The notes: generated by a model not told the origin, from the sequence alone. A stretch of 64,000 bases of DNA from Pelagibacteraceae bacterium AG-337-I02 (GCA_003282155.1 QBZY01000001.1:85991-149990), one strand, 5' to 3'; positions 52,897 to 64,000 are shown, numbered from the stretch's first letter. Numbers and translations: made by a program.

Positions 52897-53571
52897 TTAA
52901 TAGTTAAATTTTTTCCAAAGGGGGTTTTTTAGTTTTTTTAACATTTCTTTATGAGCAAGATAATCCTCTTTGTAAACTTCTATAATTTTAGTTTTTGTTT
53001 CGTTTTTGTTGTTAATTTGTGTGTTTTTTTCATCATCGTTAGAATCCAACTCCATAGAAAACTGCTTACCCCCTCTTAGCTCTAAATAGACTGCGGCTAA
53101 AAGCTGGGAGTCAAGTAGGGCTCCATGGAATGATCTATCCGATAAATCAACATTAAACCTTCTACACAAATAGTCGAGGTTAGCTATTCTTGTGTTTAGA
53201 ACTTCTCTTGCGAGTGAAACGGTATCAACTACAGGGTTATTTAAGGGAGATAAACCTAAGATTGATAACTCATTATTTATAAAGCCCAAATCAAATGATG
53301 AGTTGTGAATAATTAATGTGTCATTTTTCAAAAAACTCAAAAGCTGCTTGTGGTTTTCTTCAAATGGTTTTTGTTGACTAAGAAAATTATCTGAAAGACC
53401 TACAATGTTTTTTGCTGCTTCACTTATGCTTCTATCTGGTTTACAATAAAATTGGAGCGTGTTTCCTGTAGGAACATAGTTTTTGAGTTCAACGCAACCA
53501 ACTTCTATTATTCTATCGCCGGTCTTATAGTCAAGACCTGTGGTTTCTGTATCAATTACTATTTCTCTCAT
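52897..53571 (-). CDS. dnaQ: DNA polymerase III epsilon subunit
   Basis: DTETTG, HN..FD, LD.LC.R, HGALLD. Confidence 0.96.
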   Translation of the reverse strand: MREIVIDTETTGLDYKTGDRIIEVGCVELKNYVPTGNTLQFYCKPDRSISEAAKNIVGLSDNFLSQQKPFEENHKQLLSFLKNDTLIIHNSSFDLGFINNELSILGLSPLNNPVVDTVSLAREVLNTRIANLDYLCRRFNVDLSDRSFHGALLDSQLLAAVYLELRGGKQFSMELDSNDDEKNTQINNKNETKTKIIEVYKEDYLAHKEMLKKLKNPLWKKFNY

Positions 53572-53579
53572 TGTTTTAG

Positions 53580-54170
53580 CTAAAGCTTATTTATTAACTT
53601 ATTAATCTTAATTTTATAATCCTTTAATGTTGAGTTGTTGTAAATAACATAATCAGATTTTTTTTTTCTTATAACATCTGAGGTTTGGGATCGGGTTATA
53701 TTTTTAAACTGTTTTTCAGACATTTTTCTTGTTTTTTTTAATCTTTTTAATCTTGCTTGTTTGGAAGCTATTATCGATATTACTTTGTGGAAATGTTCAT
53801 CTAAATTGTTTTCAAATAATAATGGTATATCAATAAATATTAGTCTGGTTTTCTTTTCTTTTTCTTTTTTTATAAAATCAGACCTCTTTTTTCTAACTAT
53901 TTTAAATATATATAACTCAAGTTTCTTTCTTATCTGTTTATTTTCAAAAATAATTTTTGATATAATTTTTTTATCTATGTTTTTTTTTGAAATGGACTTC
54001 GATAAACCAATAGCATGTAAATAAGTAACAAATTTTTTATCAGGGTTTTTATATATTTTAGCTACCTGCTCATCTGAACTATGAATTTTAAATCCTTTTT
54101 CTTTTAATTTACAACAAAAGGTAGATTTACCTGATCCTATCCCACCTGTTATTGCTATGGTTTGCGTCAT
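53580..54170 (-). CDS. coaE: Dephospho-CoA kinase
   Basis: ITGGIGSGKST, DIPLLFE, DYVI.N. Confidence 0.94.
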   Translation of the reverse strand: MTQTIAITGGIGSGKSTFCCKLKEKGFKIHSSDEQVAKIYKNPDKKFVTYLHAIGLSKSISKKNIDKKIISKIIFENKQIRKKLELYIFKIVRKKRSDFIKKEKEKKTRLIFIDIPLLFENNLDEHFHKVISIIASKQARLKRLKKTRKMSEKQFKNITRSQTSDVIRKKKSDYVIYNNSTLKDYKIKINKLINKL

Positions 54171-54952
54171 TAAATTTTTTTATAAATCGTGTTAAGCATT
54201 TTTTCGTCTACAGATGGTGTTTTACCAAACCACATTTTAAAACACGGCTTGGCTTGTTCTATCAACATTGATATTCCATATATTTTTTTATTCTTTGGAA
54301 ACTGTTTAAGAAATGTTGTGTTTCTTGGAGTATAAACAATGTCACTTACAATTGTCGATTTGGTAATAAGTTTTATGTGTTTTTTCAATATAGGGTTTAT
54401 TGGTGTGGTGTTTATTATTAAAAAAACTCCATCAAGTTGAGCTCCAAGCTCGCCGTATATTTTTGTATACTCAATCTTGTTTGAATATTTAATTTTTTTC
54501 TTAGATCTATTGAAAATTAAAATATCCTTAAAACCTCTTTTCTTTAAAACATAGTGTATAGCTTGTGACGCGCCTCCATAACCCAGAATAATAACTTTTC
54601 TATTCTTGGTTTTTTTTATGTTTTGCAGGGTTTTGTAATATCCTGTCCAATCAGTATTAGCCCCACTTATAATCTTTTTTTTTATAACACAATTTACCGC
54701 ATCAATTTTTTTTGCATGAGCATCTATTTTATCAAGGTGTTTGATAATTTTTTTTTTAAATGGAATGGTTACGTTTAGACCAAGTGTGTCTTTTTTTTCC
54801 AAAACCTCTTTTATTTTGTTATGAAAGTTTTTTTCTGTAAGCTCTAAGTATCCGTATCTTGCTTTAACGTTATATTTTTTAAACCAATAGTTAAATATTG
54901 TTGGTGAAAGGCTTTTAGACGCTCTGCTCCCAACTACATAAAGTTTTTTCAT
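54170..54952 (-). CDS. aroE: Shikimate dehydrogenase
   Basis: SLSP, NVTIPFK, AVN, NTD, G.GGA, NRS, NTTP, DIVY.P, MLIEQA. Confidence 0.95.
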   Translation of the reverse strand: MKKLYVVGSRASKSLSPTIFNYWFKKYNVKARYGYLELTEKNFHNKIKEVLEKKDTLGLNVTIPFKKKIIKHLDKIDAHAKKIDAVNCVIKKKIISGANTDWTGYYKTLQNIKKTKNRKVIILGYGGASQAIHYVLKKRGFKDILIFNRSKKKIKYSNKIEYTKIYGELGAQLDGVFLIINTTPINPILKKHIKLITKSTIVSDIVYTPRNTTFLKQFPKNKKIYGISMLIEQAKPCFKMWFGKTPSVDEKMLNTIYKKI

Positions 54953-55539
54953 TTTTTTGAATATAGATAATCTAGCAAATTAAATAAAGGTAATCCCATA
55001 ACATTAAAATAATCTCCTTTTATACTCTCAATAATGTTTGGTCCTAAACTTTCTATTTGATAGCACCCTACGGAGCTTAGTATTTGTTTGCCTGTTTTTT
55101 TTAGATAAGCGTTAATTTCACTGTTATTAAGCTTTCTTATTTTTACACGAGTTTTTTCGTAATTTTCCCAAATCCTTGAACCATTCAAACAAATAGTTAA
55201 ACCTGATACTATTAGGTGTTCTTTTCCTGATAGAAACTTGATTTTATTTTTTGCTTTCTCAATAGAGTTTACTTTATCTAAAATTTTTCCATTGTGATAA
55301 ATTACAGTATCGCATCCTAAAACAATTTTATTGGCATATTTTTTTTCTCTGCTCACACTTCTTGCTTTTTCATAAGAAAGTTTTTTTGCAAAAATCTCAG
55401 GTCTTGTTTTTCTATTGATGGTTTTTTTAATATCTTCTTCATTACAGTTAGGTTTTTTTTGTGTGAAGTTTAATCCTGCACTTTTAAGTATTTTGTATCT
55501 AGATTTACTTGAACTAGCTAATATAAATTGTTGGTGCAT
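54949..55539 (-). CDS. maf: Maf-family nucleotide pyrophosphatase
   Basis: ILASSS..R, KA, GCDT, LSGK.H, VG.Y.IE, GDYFNVMGLP; start set at ATG 55539. Confidence 0.93.
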   Translation of the reverse strand: MHQQFILASSSKSRYKILKSAGLNFTQKKPNCNEEDIKKTINRKTRPEIFAKKLSYEKARSVSREKKYANKIVLGCDTVIYHNGKILDKVNSIEKAKNKIKFLSGKEHLIVSGLTICLNGSRIWENYEKTRVKIRKLNNSEINAYLKKTGKQILSSVGCYQIESLGPNIIESIKGDYFNVMGLPLFNLLDYLYSKK

Positions 55540-55987
<448 letters not shown>

Positions 55988-57244
55988 ATGAATCTACTCG
56001 AATTAAAAGGAAAAGAACCACAAGAGCTTTTAAAACAAGCTGATAAGCTTGGTATAGAAAACCCATCATCCCTTAGGAAGCAAGACCTGATGTTTTCAAT
56101 TTTAAAAACAATTGCTGAAGAAGGTGAAATTATCACAGGTTTAGGAGTAATTGAAATTATGCAAGATGGGTTTGGTTTTTTGAGATCTGCAGAGTCAAAT
56201 TATCTGCCTGGTCCTGATGATATTTATATTTCTCCATCACAAATTAAAAAATTTAGCTTAAGAACTGGCGATAGTGTAGAAGGTGAAATTAGGTCTCCAA
56301 AGCAAGGTGAAAGATATTTTGCTATAACTAAAATCAATAAAATAAACGGTCAAGAAACTGAATTAGTTAAAAATAGAGTTAATTTTGAAGATTTAACACC
56401 ATTGTATCCTGAAGCAAGGTTCAAACTTGAACAAGAAAAACCTATGCCGGATAACACAGAAAGAATAATTGATATTATTGCTCCTCTTGGAAAAGGGCAA
56501 AGACAACTAATTGTTGCACAACCCTTCACTGGCAAAACAATAATTATGCAAAAAATTGCTAATGCTATAACTGCTAATAGTCCAGATGCTAAACTAATTG
56601 TTCTGCTAATTGATGAAAGACCAGAAGAAGTAACTGATATGCAAAGATCAGTTAAAGGTGAGGTAATTAGTTCAACCTTTGATGAACCTGCGTCGCGCCA
56701 CGTTCAGGTTGCAGAAATGGTAATTGAAAAAGCTAAAAGACTGGTTGAATATAAACACGATGTTGTAATCCTTCTTGATTCAATCACCAGACTTGGAAGA
56801 GCTTATAATACTGTTGTTCCTTCTAGTGGAAAGGTATTAACAGGTGGTGTTGATGCCAATGCTTTACAAAGACCAAAAAGGTTTTTTGGAGCAGCAAGAA
56901 ACGTTGAAAAAGGTGGTTCACTTACAATTATTGCAACTGCTTTAATTGATACAGGAAGCAGAATGGATGAAGTTATATTTGAAGAATTTAAAGGAACAGG
57001 TAATAGCGAAATGGTTCTTGATAGAAAACTAAGTCAAAAAAGAACTTATCCAGCTTTTGATATTGGTAAATCTGGGACAAGAAAAGAAGAATTATTGCTT
57101 GACAAAGATGAACTTGGAAAAATTTTCATTTTAAGAAAAATACTAGCCCCTATGGGAAGCACAGAAGCTATGGAGTTCTTGTTAGATAAAATGAAAAATA
57201 CAAAAACTAACAACGAGTTCTTCCAAAGCATGGGAACTAAATAA
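55988..57244 (+). CDS. rho: Transcription termination factor Rho
   Basis: [42 protein letters not shown]. Confidence 0.98.
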   Translation: MNLLELKGKEPQELLKQADKLGIENPSSLRKQDLMFSILKTIAEEGEIITGLGVIEIMQDGFGFLRSAESNYLPGPDDIYISPSQIKKFSLRTGDSVEGEIRSPKQGERYFAITKINKINGQETELVKNRVNFEDLTPLYPEARFKLEQEKPMPDNTERIIDIIAPLGKGQRQLIVAQPFTGKTIIMQKIANAITANSPDAKLIVLLIDERPEEVTDMQRSVKGEVISSTFDEPASRHVQVAEMVIEKAKRLVEYKHDVVILLDSITRLGRAYNTVVPSSGKVLTGGVDANALQRPKRFFGAARNVEKGGSLTIIATALIDTGSRMDEVIFEEFKGTGNSEMVLDRKLSQKRTYPAFDIGKSGTRKEELLLDKDELGKIFILRKILAPMGSTEAMEFLLDKMKNTKTNNEFFQSMGTK

Positions 57245-57306
57245 ATATAAAATTTTTATAATCTTTCTTATTTACTTAATTTCATCTTGGGTTTAATTCC
57301 CAAAAA

Positions 57307-58593
57307 ATGAAACCTTCAAAAGATATAATTTTTGCGCTTGCTACGCAAAAAGGTAAATCAGGTATAGCTGTTTTTAGAATCTCAGGAAAAGGTTCTCACA
57401 AACTAGTAAAATCAATATCTTCTAAAAAAAAATTCAAAACAAAACTTACTTCACTAAACAACATATTAGATGGTAAAAACATTGTTGATCAGACTTTAAC
57501 TACTTTTTTTAAATCACCTAAAAGCTACACAGGAGAGGATATGGTTGAAATATCTTGTCATGGAAGTATTTCTGTAATCAACAAAATAACAAAAACTCTA
57601 TTAAAGAAACAAATGCGACTTGCTGAACCTGGAGAGTTTACCAAACGAGCTTTAATGAATGATAAACTTAGTGTTTTAGAAGCTGAAACTATTATTGATT
57701 TAGTCAATGCAGAAACAGAAAATCAAAGAAAGATTGCTATTAGCAACTTAAGTGGAAGTTTAGATAAGTTTATTAATGAAGTATCAAATAAACTAAAAAA
57801 ACTTCTTGCTGATATAGAGGCTATTATTGATTTTGCTGACGAAGATCTTCCAAAAGAAATATACAAGAATATAACAGAACAAAAGAAGAACATAATTAAA
57901 AAAATTGAGAATATTTTAAAAAAATCATCTTTATCCAGTCAGATATATAATGGTTTTACAATAACTATTATTGGAAAGCCTAATACAGGAAAATCCTCAT
58001 TTATAAATTATATTAATAATAAAGAGGTTTCTATAGTTACCAATATACCCGGGACAACCATTGATTTAGTTACCTCCACCCTAGATATTCTAGATGACAA
58101 ATACACCTTTGTTGATACAGCAGGAATAAGAAAATATAAAAATTTAATTGAAAAAATTGGTATAGAAAGATCCTTAGAAAGTGCTGAAAAATCTGATCTA
58201 AACTTAGTTTTCCTTAAAAATAATGAAAAGAAAAACTACAGTGAAATTAAGTCAAAAATATTTGTTAAATCAAAGTATGATACTAATAAAAAAAAAATTA
58301 ATGGAGCACACAGCATTTCATCTGTATCTGGTTATGGTATTGAAAAACTCTTAAAAACAATATCAATTCAATTAAAGAAAAAACCTATTTCTGGACCAGT
58401 CTTTTCACGTGAAAGACATATAGAAAGCTTAAATAACGCTCTTATATTACTTAAAGGTTTAGATTTAAAAGAAATAGATATTTCTGCTGAAAATGTTAGA
58501 AGATCAATTATGTATATAGATGGAATTTATCAAAAATTTGATATTGAAAAAATTTTAGATATAATATTTAGTGATTTTTGTATTGGTAAATAA
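57307..58593 (+). CDS. mnmE: tRNA modification GTPase MnmE
   Basis: SYTGED, AEPGEFT.RA, GKPNTGKSS, PGTT.D, DTAG, FCIGK. Confidence 0.96.
   Translation: MKPSKDIIFALATQKGKSGIAVFRISGKGSHKLVKSISSKKKFKTKLTSLNNILDGKNIVDQTLTTFFKSPKSYTGEDMVEISCHGSISVINKITKTLLKKQMRLAEPGEFTKRALMNDKLSVLEAETIIDLVNAETENQRKIAISNLSGSLDKFINEVSNKLKKLLADIEAIIDFADEDLPKEIYKNITEQKKNIIKKIENILKKSSLSSQIYNGFTITIIGKPNTGKSSFINYINNKEVSIVTNIPGTTIDLVTSTLDILDDKYTFVDTAGIRKYKNLIEKIGIERSLESAEKSDLNLVFLKNNEKKNYSEIKSKIFVKSKYDTNKKKINGAHSISSVSGYGIEKLLKTISIQLKKKPISGPVFSRERHIESLNNALILLKGLDLKEIDISAENVRRSIMYIDGIYQKFDIEKILDIIFSDFCIGK
58401..58416. promoter_or_regulatory. parS site 1 (inside mnmE)
   Basis: CTTTTCAC-GTGAAAGA; perfect 12-bp core TTTCACGTGAAA of the consensus TGTTTCACGTGAAACA. 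Confidence 0.75.
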
Positions 58594-58607
58594 TTTCACG
58601 TGAAAAA
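58592..58607. promoter_or_regulatory. parS site 2 (mnmE-mnmG junction)
   Basis: AATTTCAC-GTGAAAAA; same 12-bp palindromic core, upstream of mnmG-rsmG-parAB. Confidence 0.8.
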
Positions 58608-58611
58608 AAAT

Positions 58612-60477
58612 ATGGATAATAAATTTGATGTAATTGTAATTGGTGGAGGGCATGCAGGTGTAGAGGCAGCTTGTTCATCCGCAAGAATTGGATCAAAAAC
58701 ATTATTAATTACTCATAAAATTGAAAAAATAGGTGAAATGTCTTGTAATCCAGCTATTGGGGGTCTTGGAAAAGGCCATCTAGTAAAGGAAATAGATGCT
58801 TTAGATGGAATAATGGCAAAAGCCACTGATAAATCTTGTATTCAATTCAGAATGCTAAATTCCAGCAGAGGTGCTGCTGTAAGAGGCCCTAGAGCTCAAA
58901 CAGATCGAATTTTATATAAAAATGCCATAAACGAACTTTTAAAAGAGCAAAAAAACCTCTACATTTCTGAAGCTTCTGTAGAGGATTTAATTATTTCAAA
59001 AAATCAAGTAGCTGGTGTTGTTTTAGATGATTTCAAAAAGATATCCTCTAAGTGTGTAGTCTTAACCACAGGTACTTTTTTACAAGGGTTAATTAGAATA
59101 GGTTCTAAAAAACAAGATGCTGGAAGGGTTGGAGACAAACCCTCAATAAAGCTTGCAAAAAGGCTTAAAGAACTAAAGTTTTCAATAGGTAGATTGAAGA
59201 CAGGAACACCTCCGAGATTACTTAAAAAAACTATAAATTTCAATGATTTAACTAAACAAAACCCAGATAAAAAACTCATTCCCTTTTCTTTTATTAACAG
59301 AGATATCCACATTCCCCAAATATCTTGTTTTATTACTCATACTAATAAAAACACTCATGAAATAATAGCTCAAAACCTTAACCTATCACCTATGTATTCT
59401 GGTGAGATACAATCTATGGGGGCTAGGTATTGCCCATCTATAGAAGATAAGATTCATAAATTTAAAAGTAAACCACAACACCAGATATTTTTAGAGCCAG
59501 AAGGATTAGGCAGTGACTTAATATATCCAAACGGAATATCTTCTTCTCTTCCAACTGAAATTCAAGAGCAATTTGTTAAAACTATTAAGGGTTTAGAGAA
59601 TGTTACAATTACACAACCTGCTTATGCAATTGAATATGACTTTGTTGATCCACAAGAATTAACACACACACTTGAAACAAAAAAAATAAAAAACCTATTT
59701 TTTGCAGGGCAGATAAATGGAACAACTGGATACGAAGAAGCAGCTGCACAAGGTATAGTGGCTGGGATAAATGCCTCACTTAGAACAACATCTAATAAAG
59801 AATTTATAATACCCAGATCCTCGGGATATATAGGAGTTTTAATAGATGATTTGGTTACAAAAGGAACTAAAGAGCCATATAGAATGTTTACCTCAAGGTC
59901 TGAATACAGACTATTACTTCGCGCTGACAATGCTGATTTAAGATTAACCCCTCTAGGAATTGATGCAGGCTGTGTGAGCACAGAAAGACAAATACACTTT
60001 GAAAATAGATATAAACGGATAAAAGAGGGATTTAAGTTTGCAAAAGGTCAGAAATTCTCACCAGACGCACTTCTTAAAAAAGGGATCAAAATAAATAAAG
60101 ATGGAAAGAAAAGAAATATTATAGAGCTTCTGTCGTTCACAAATATTACAACACCAAAGCTTAAAACAATTCTTCCCAAATTAAACGATTTAGAAGATGA
60201 TGTAATTGAACAAATAGAAATTGAAGCTAAGTACGCCGGTTATCTTGATAGACAAAGGATGGATATTAGAGATTTTGAAAAAGAAGAAAGCTTAGCTGTT
60301 CCTAAATCAATTAATTATAAATTAGTTGGATCTTTATCTAATGAAATAGTAGAAAAATTATCAAAAATTAAACCACCAACACTAGGGGCGGCATCAAGAA
60401 TTTCTGGGGTTACTCCAGCAGCTATAATAGCTTTGCTAAGATATATAAAAAAAAATAAAAACAAAAAAGCAGCATAA
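58612..60477 (+). CDS. mnmG: tRNA modification enzyme MnmG (GidA)
   Basis: [45 protein letters not shown]; start set at ATG 58612. Confidence 0.98.
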   Translation: MDNKFDVIVIGGGHAGVEAACSSARIGSKTLLITHKIEKIGEMSCNPAIGGLGKGHLVKEIDALDGIMAKATDKSCIQFRMLNSSRGAAVRGPRAQTDRILYKNAINELLKEQKNLYISEASVEDLIISKNQVAGVVLDDFKKISSKCVVLTTGTFLQGLIRIGSKKQDAGRVGDKPSIKLAKRLKELKFSIGRLKTGTPPRLLKKTINFNDLTKQNPDKKLIPFSFINRDIHIPQISCFITHTNKNTHEIIAQNLNLSPMYSGEIQSMGARYCPSIEDKIHKFKSKPQHQIFLEPEGLGSDLIYPNGISSSLPTEIQEQFVKTIKGLENVTITQPAYAIEYDFVDPQELTHTLETKKIKNLFFAGQINGTTGYEEAAAQGIVAGINASLRTTSNKEFIIPRSSGYIGVLIDDLVTKGTKEPYRMFTSRSEYRLLLRADNADLRLTPLGIDAGCVSTERQIHFENRYKRIKEGFKFAKGQKFSPDALLKKGIKINKDGKKRNIIELLSFTNITTPKLKTILPKLNDLEDDVIEQIEIEAKYAGYLDRQRMDIRDFEKEESLAVPKSINYKLVGSLSNEIVEKLSKIKPPTLGAASRISGVTPAAIIALLRYIKKNKNKKAA

Positions 60478-60478
60478 T

Positions 60479-61084
60479 TTGGACAAAAAAACTGTAATAG
60501 CAAATTACAATCTTAAAAAAAGACAAATTGAATTAATCAATAACTACATACAGAATCTAAAAAAACACAACAAAATACACAATCTAGTTGGACCATCAAC
60601 AATTGATGTTGTTTGGGATAGGCACATAAATGACTCTTTGCAGCTATCGGAGTTTATTTTAAAAAAACACTCATCAATAATAGACCTTGGCACCGGAGCA
60701 GGATTACCAGGAGTAATTTTAAATATTTTTGGATACACAAATATATTACTCATTGACTCTAAGAAGAAAAAAATAAATTTTATAAAAAAATTTGCTTACG
60801 AGCAAAATTTAGAAATAAAAACTATTTGCACAAGGATTGAGAAAATCAAAAATCAAAAATTTGATTTTATAATTTGTCGAGCTTTTGCCCCGTTGTCAAA
60901 ACTATTAAATTATTCACGGTTTTTTACTAAAAAAAATACATCACTGCTTTTTCTAAAAGGTAGAAGTGTTAAGAAAGAAATTGATGATGCAAAAAAACTT
61001 TTTAGTTTTGAATACAACCTCTATCCAAGCAAAAGCGAAGGTGATGGTTTTGTGCTAAAAATAAACAAATATAAAAAACTGTGA
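60479..61084 (+). CDS. rsmG: 16S rRNA m7G527 methyltransferase (GidB)
   Basis: NLV, RH..DS, DLGTGAGLPG, RAFA, LKG. Confidence 0.95.
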   Translation: MDKKTVIANYNLKKRQIELINNYIQNLKKHNKIHNLVGPSTIDVVWDRHINDSLQLSEFILKKHSSIIDLGTGAGLPGVILNIFGYTNILLIDSKKKKINFIKKFAYEQNLEIKTICTRIEKIKNQKFDFIICRAFAPLSKLLNYSRFFTKKNTSLLFLKGRSVKKEIDDAKKLFSFEYNLYPSKSEGDGFVLKINKYKKL

Positions 61085-61854
61085 AAAAGATAATATCAAT
61101 ATCAAATCAAAAAGGCGGTGTTGGCAAAACTACAACCACTATAAATTTAGCAACCTCATTAGCTGCAGTCAAAAAAAATGTGCTAATTGTCGACGCCGAT
61201 CCACAAGGTAATGCCAGCACAGGAATGGGCATTTCGCATGATGACAGAAAACCATCAATTTATGAAATGATTCATGAGAAGATGCTTTTAAAAGAAGGAA
61301 TAAAAGAAACAATAATTCCTGGTCTAAAAATAATTGGAGCTAACACAGACTTAGCTGCAGCAGAAGTAGAGCTGACAAATTTTGAAAACAGAGAGTTTAT
61401 ATTCAAGTCGATTTTTGCTGAAATTAATAATTTTGATTTTGTTTTTGTAGACTGTCCACCAGCGCTTGGTCTGCTAACTATCAATTCATTAGTAGCATCT
61501 GATACCACACTTATCCCTCTTCAGTCAGAGTTTTTTGCTCTAGAGGGCCTTTCAGCTCTCATACAAACAATCAAATTAATTCAACAAAACTTTAATAAGG
61601 ATCTTCAAATTGAAGGAATATTATTGACGATGTTAGATAAAAGAAATTCACTAAGCACATTGGTTGAGAAAGATGTAAGGCAACATTTTGGTAATCAAGT
61701 ATACAAAACAACAATTCCAAGAAATGTTAAAATATCAGAAGCCCCAAGCCATGGAAAACCAGCACTGATATACGATACACAAGCTGCAGGCTCTTTGGCT
61801 TATATTGAGCTTGCAAAAGAAGTAATTTTAAATCAAAATAAAAACTATGAATAA
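61081..61854 (+). CDS. parA: Chromosome partition ATPase ParA
   Basis: NQKGGVGKTTT, DADPQGNAS, DCPP, IPRNV.ISEAPS. Confidence 0.97.
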   Translation: MKKIISISNQKGGVGKTTTTINLATSLAAVKKNVLIVDADPQGNASTGMGISHDDRKPSIYEMIHEKMLLKEGIKETIIPGLKIIGANTDLAAAEVELTNFENREFIFKSIFAEINNFDFVFVDCPPALGLLTINSLVASDTTLIPLQSEFFALEGLSALIQTIKLIQQNFNKDLQIEGILLTMLDKRNSLSTLVEKDVRQHFGNQVYKTTIPRNVKISEAPSHGKPALIYDTQAAGSLAYIELAKEVILNQNKNYE

Positions 61855-62686
61855 AGAAAATAAACTAGGTATGGGCCTAGGAGCACTTCTATCAACATCT
61901 AATGATAAAAATGAGAACAACAACAGTATTCAAAAAATCAATATTTCCCAAATAATACCTAACCCATCTCAACCTAGAAAAAATTTTAAAAATGAAGAAC
62001 TTAAAGAACTATCTTCCTCAATTAAAAATCAAGGATTAATTCAACCTATAATTGTTAAACCAACAAAAGATAATCATTTCCAAATTATTGCTGGTGAAAG
62101 AAGGTGGCGAGCATGTCAATTAAATGGAATGCATGAAGTAGATTGCGTTATTAAAAATCTTGATGATACCAATGTTTTAGAGGCAGCCCTAATTGAAAAT
62201 ATTCAAAGAGAAGACTTAAATGTTATTGAAGAGGCAAACGCTTATAAGGGATTAATTGATATCAAAAAAATCAATAACGAAACCCTTTCTAAAATAATAG
62301 GAAAAAGCTCAAGTCATGTTTCTAATATTTTGAGACTATTAGAATTAGATCAAAAAATTCAAGAAATGGTTATAAATGGGGATTTATCAATGGGCCATGC
62401 AAGAGCACTTATAGGAGTTCCTGACGCTATAAACAAAGCAAAAGAAATAATTGAAAAAAAACTTAGCGTAAGACAGGTAGAAAAGATTACCTCTGTGTTT
62501 AAAAAAAATAAAGCAACGAAAACATCAAAAGACCCCAATATTGTAGACTTAGAAAAAGAGCTTTCTGATAAAATTGGACTTAAAACATCAATACAATTTA
62601 ACGAAAATGGTTCATCTGGATCACTAACCCTTTATTATTCAGACCTTAATCAACTTGACGACCTAATGAAAAGGCTTAAGAAATAG
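61847..62686 (+). CDS. parB: Chromosome partition protein ParB
   Basis: LGMGL.ALL, QPRK.F, GERRWRA, ENIQREDL, HTH, GHARAL. Confidence 0.97.
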   Translation: MNKENKLGMGLGALLSTSNDKNENNNSIQKINISQIIPNPSQPRKNFKNEELKELSSSIKNQGLIQPIIVKPTKDNHFQIIAGERRWRACQLNGMHEVDCVIKNLDDTNVLEAALIENIQREDLNVIEEANAYKGLIDIKKINNETLSKIIGKSSSHVSNILRLLELDQKIQEMVINGDLSMGHARALIGVPDAINKAKEIIEKKLSVRQVEKITSVFKKNKATKTSKDPNIVDLEKELSDKIGLKTSIQFNENGSSGSLTLYYSDLNQLDDLMKRLKK

Positions 62687-63614
62687 TAATTCTCTTCATA
62701 CTTAAAAGAAAACGAAGACCAGATATAACAGACAGATCACTATTTTTTCTCAAAGCAGTCTCAGTAGATGTTAATAATTTTATTAGTAATTTCTTTTTAT
62801 TTAAATTATATTTTTCATATATATCAATCAAAAAAGATTTTTCTCTGAACAAATATTTTGGAATATTTTTTATAAAGTCATCTTTGTTTTTGCTTTCAAT
62901 GATTAACATACAAAAAAATTTGGAATAGTAATATAGTTCGTTTACATCAGAGTTGGTGATAATTTTTTCTCTATACAACTGAGTTATTTGATTGTTCTGC
63001 TTTAAAATACTAAAAAACAATTTTTCTTTTCCAGTGTTATCTATCGTTAAAATTTTTTTTATATTTTCAAGAGAAAGTTTATCACCATCTAGCTCTAATA
63101 GTTTAGATAAAGCGTCTTCAAAAAAAACATATCTATTATCAAGTTTTTCGACTAAAAACCAATAAGTTTCTTTTGATATTTCAATACTATTTATTTCTAA
63201 AAATATATTTAAAAACCTCATTTTAGAATCTCTGTTCATTTCGTAGCAGTCAATCAAATACGAATCTTTATCATTAAGGAAAATATTTTTTATTAATTTT
63301 ATTTTTGAAGAGTTTTCTTGAACAAAAATAAATACGTAATCCATATTTTTTAATTTATTTAAATTGTTCTTATTGATACCCTTACAATTTCTTCCAACAA
63401 AAAGTTTTTTGCTATTAAATAGGCTATCTTCATCAACAAAATTATTTATGTTATCTATATTTAATATATTTAGATTTCTCTCTTTTTTGTATCTTTTGAT
63501 AATTGAGTCACAGACCTTTTCAATTAATGTGCTCTCATTTCCGCTTATGAAATATAATTTTTTATTTAATAAAAATTTATTATTCAATAATATAACTGAT
63601 GGATCTAGTCTCAT
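62676..63614 (-). CDS. holA: DNA polymerase III delta subunit (divergent)
   Basis: Y.ISGNE, SLF, CYE; convergent on parB in the conserved lptE-holA position. Confidence 0.7.
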   Translation of the reverse strand: MRLDPSVILLNNKFLLNKKLYFISGNESTLIEKVCDSIIKRYKKERNLNILNIDNINNFVDEDSLFNSKKLFVGRNCKGINKNNLNKLKNMDYVFIFVQENSSKIKLIKNIFLNDKDSYLIDCYEMNRDSKMRFLNIFLEINSIEISKETYWFLVEKLDNRYVFFEDALSKLLELDGDKLSLENIKKILTIDNTGKEKLFFSILKQNNQITQLYREKIITNSDVNELYYYSKFFCMLIIESKNKDDFIKNIPKYLFREKSFLIDIYEKYNLNKKKLLIKLLTSTETALRKNSDLSVISGLRFLLSMKRITIS

Positions 63615-64000
63615 TTACACTTATTTAAATCAACACCAGATACAAAAGTAACAAATTGATTTAGGTTGTTCATTACTGACAATTCATATTTTTTTTCTAA
63701 AGAAGCATCTGTTCCATAATTGTACCCTGAAGATTTGGGAAGTATTGAAAAACTAGACAGTATCTCTTTTTCATATACTAAACAGTCATTTTTAATTGAG
63801 ATTAAAGTGTAAAAAAACCTTAATTCATATTTTATATCTGAGGCTGTTTGGTTTGTTTCTACTGACGACTTTGTTTTTTTCTCTTCAACTCGGACAAGTA
63901 ATTGAAATTTCTGATCTTTTTTATACCCAAAAAACATAGGAATGTAAGATTTCATAAAAGATAAATCTTTTCCAGATACAACAACTTTTGTATTATCATA
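63611..64000 (-). CDS. LptE-like protein (starts outside the window)
   Basis: Frame is open to 64000 (YDNTKVVVSGKDLSF-MKSY...); Y.L...Y.L beta pattern; directly upstream of holA as in leuS-lptE-holA. Confidence 0.5.
   Translation of the reverse strand, partial: YDNTKVVVSGKDLSFMKSYIPMFFGYKKDQKFQLLVRVEEKKTKSSVETNQTASDIKYELRFFYTLISIKNDCLVYEKEILSSFSILPKSSGYNYGTDASLEKKYELSVMNNLNQFVTFVSGVDLNKCK

Noticed and set aside
57287-57303. TTGGG-N7-CCCAA hairpin after rho
   Set aside because: Only 5 bp and no U-tract on the plus strand; too weak to call a terminator.
58600-58611. GTG start of mnmG in the ORF track
   Set aside because: The GTG is part of the parS palindrome; ATG 58612 fits the family N-terminus.

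Overview
A gene-dense, very AT-rich chromosomal segment from a streamlined alphaproteobacterium, probably marine and SAR11/HIMB59-like (inferred from gene order and composition, not from a marker gene). It is mostly core genome. Left to right it holds: a partial DUF4856 exported-protein gene with a long structured leader carrying two Irr/ICE-like boxes; ibpA with an RpoH promoter and ROSE thermometer; nucleoside salvage genes (cdd-punA-deoA, and separately upp-bmp-nupABC); DUF1800/DUF1501; a pabB-pabA-pabC-folP-folB-folK folate operon with a convergent, sequence-divergent TrpF-like gene; cysS-thrS-hemB-hisI-ribA-cupin-katG; pyc; dapB-dnaJ-dnaK-grpE-hrcA; rph-rdgB; his genes; hslVU; a double-PAP2/ArnT-like envelope cluster; and the replication-origin region (dnaQ-coaE-aroE-maf | putative oriC | rho-mnmE-mnmG-rsmG-parA-parB, with two parS sites). 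I saw no rRNA, tRNA, CRISPR, IS or integrase. The best leads are: (1) a possible FolE-independent RibA+TrpF pterin route; (2) an LpxE-LpxF-like fusion beside an ArnT/Rgt-like transferase, suggesting phosphate-free lipid A; (3) a T4-type lysozyme in the slot normally held by mltA; (4) the iron-box/hairpin/uORF leader of the DUF4856 gene; (5) an oriC with AT-shifted DnaA boxes and a (TAA)12 trio array. All functional proposals are inferences from motifs read by eye and from synteny.
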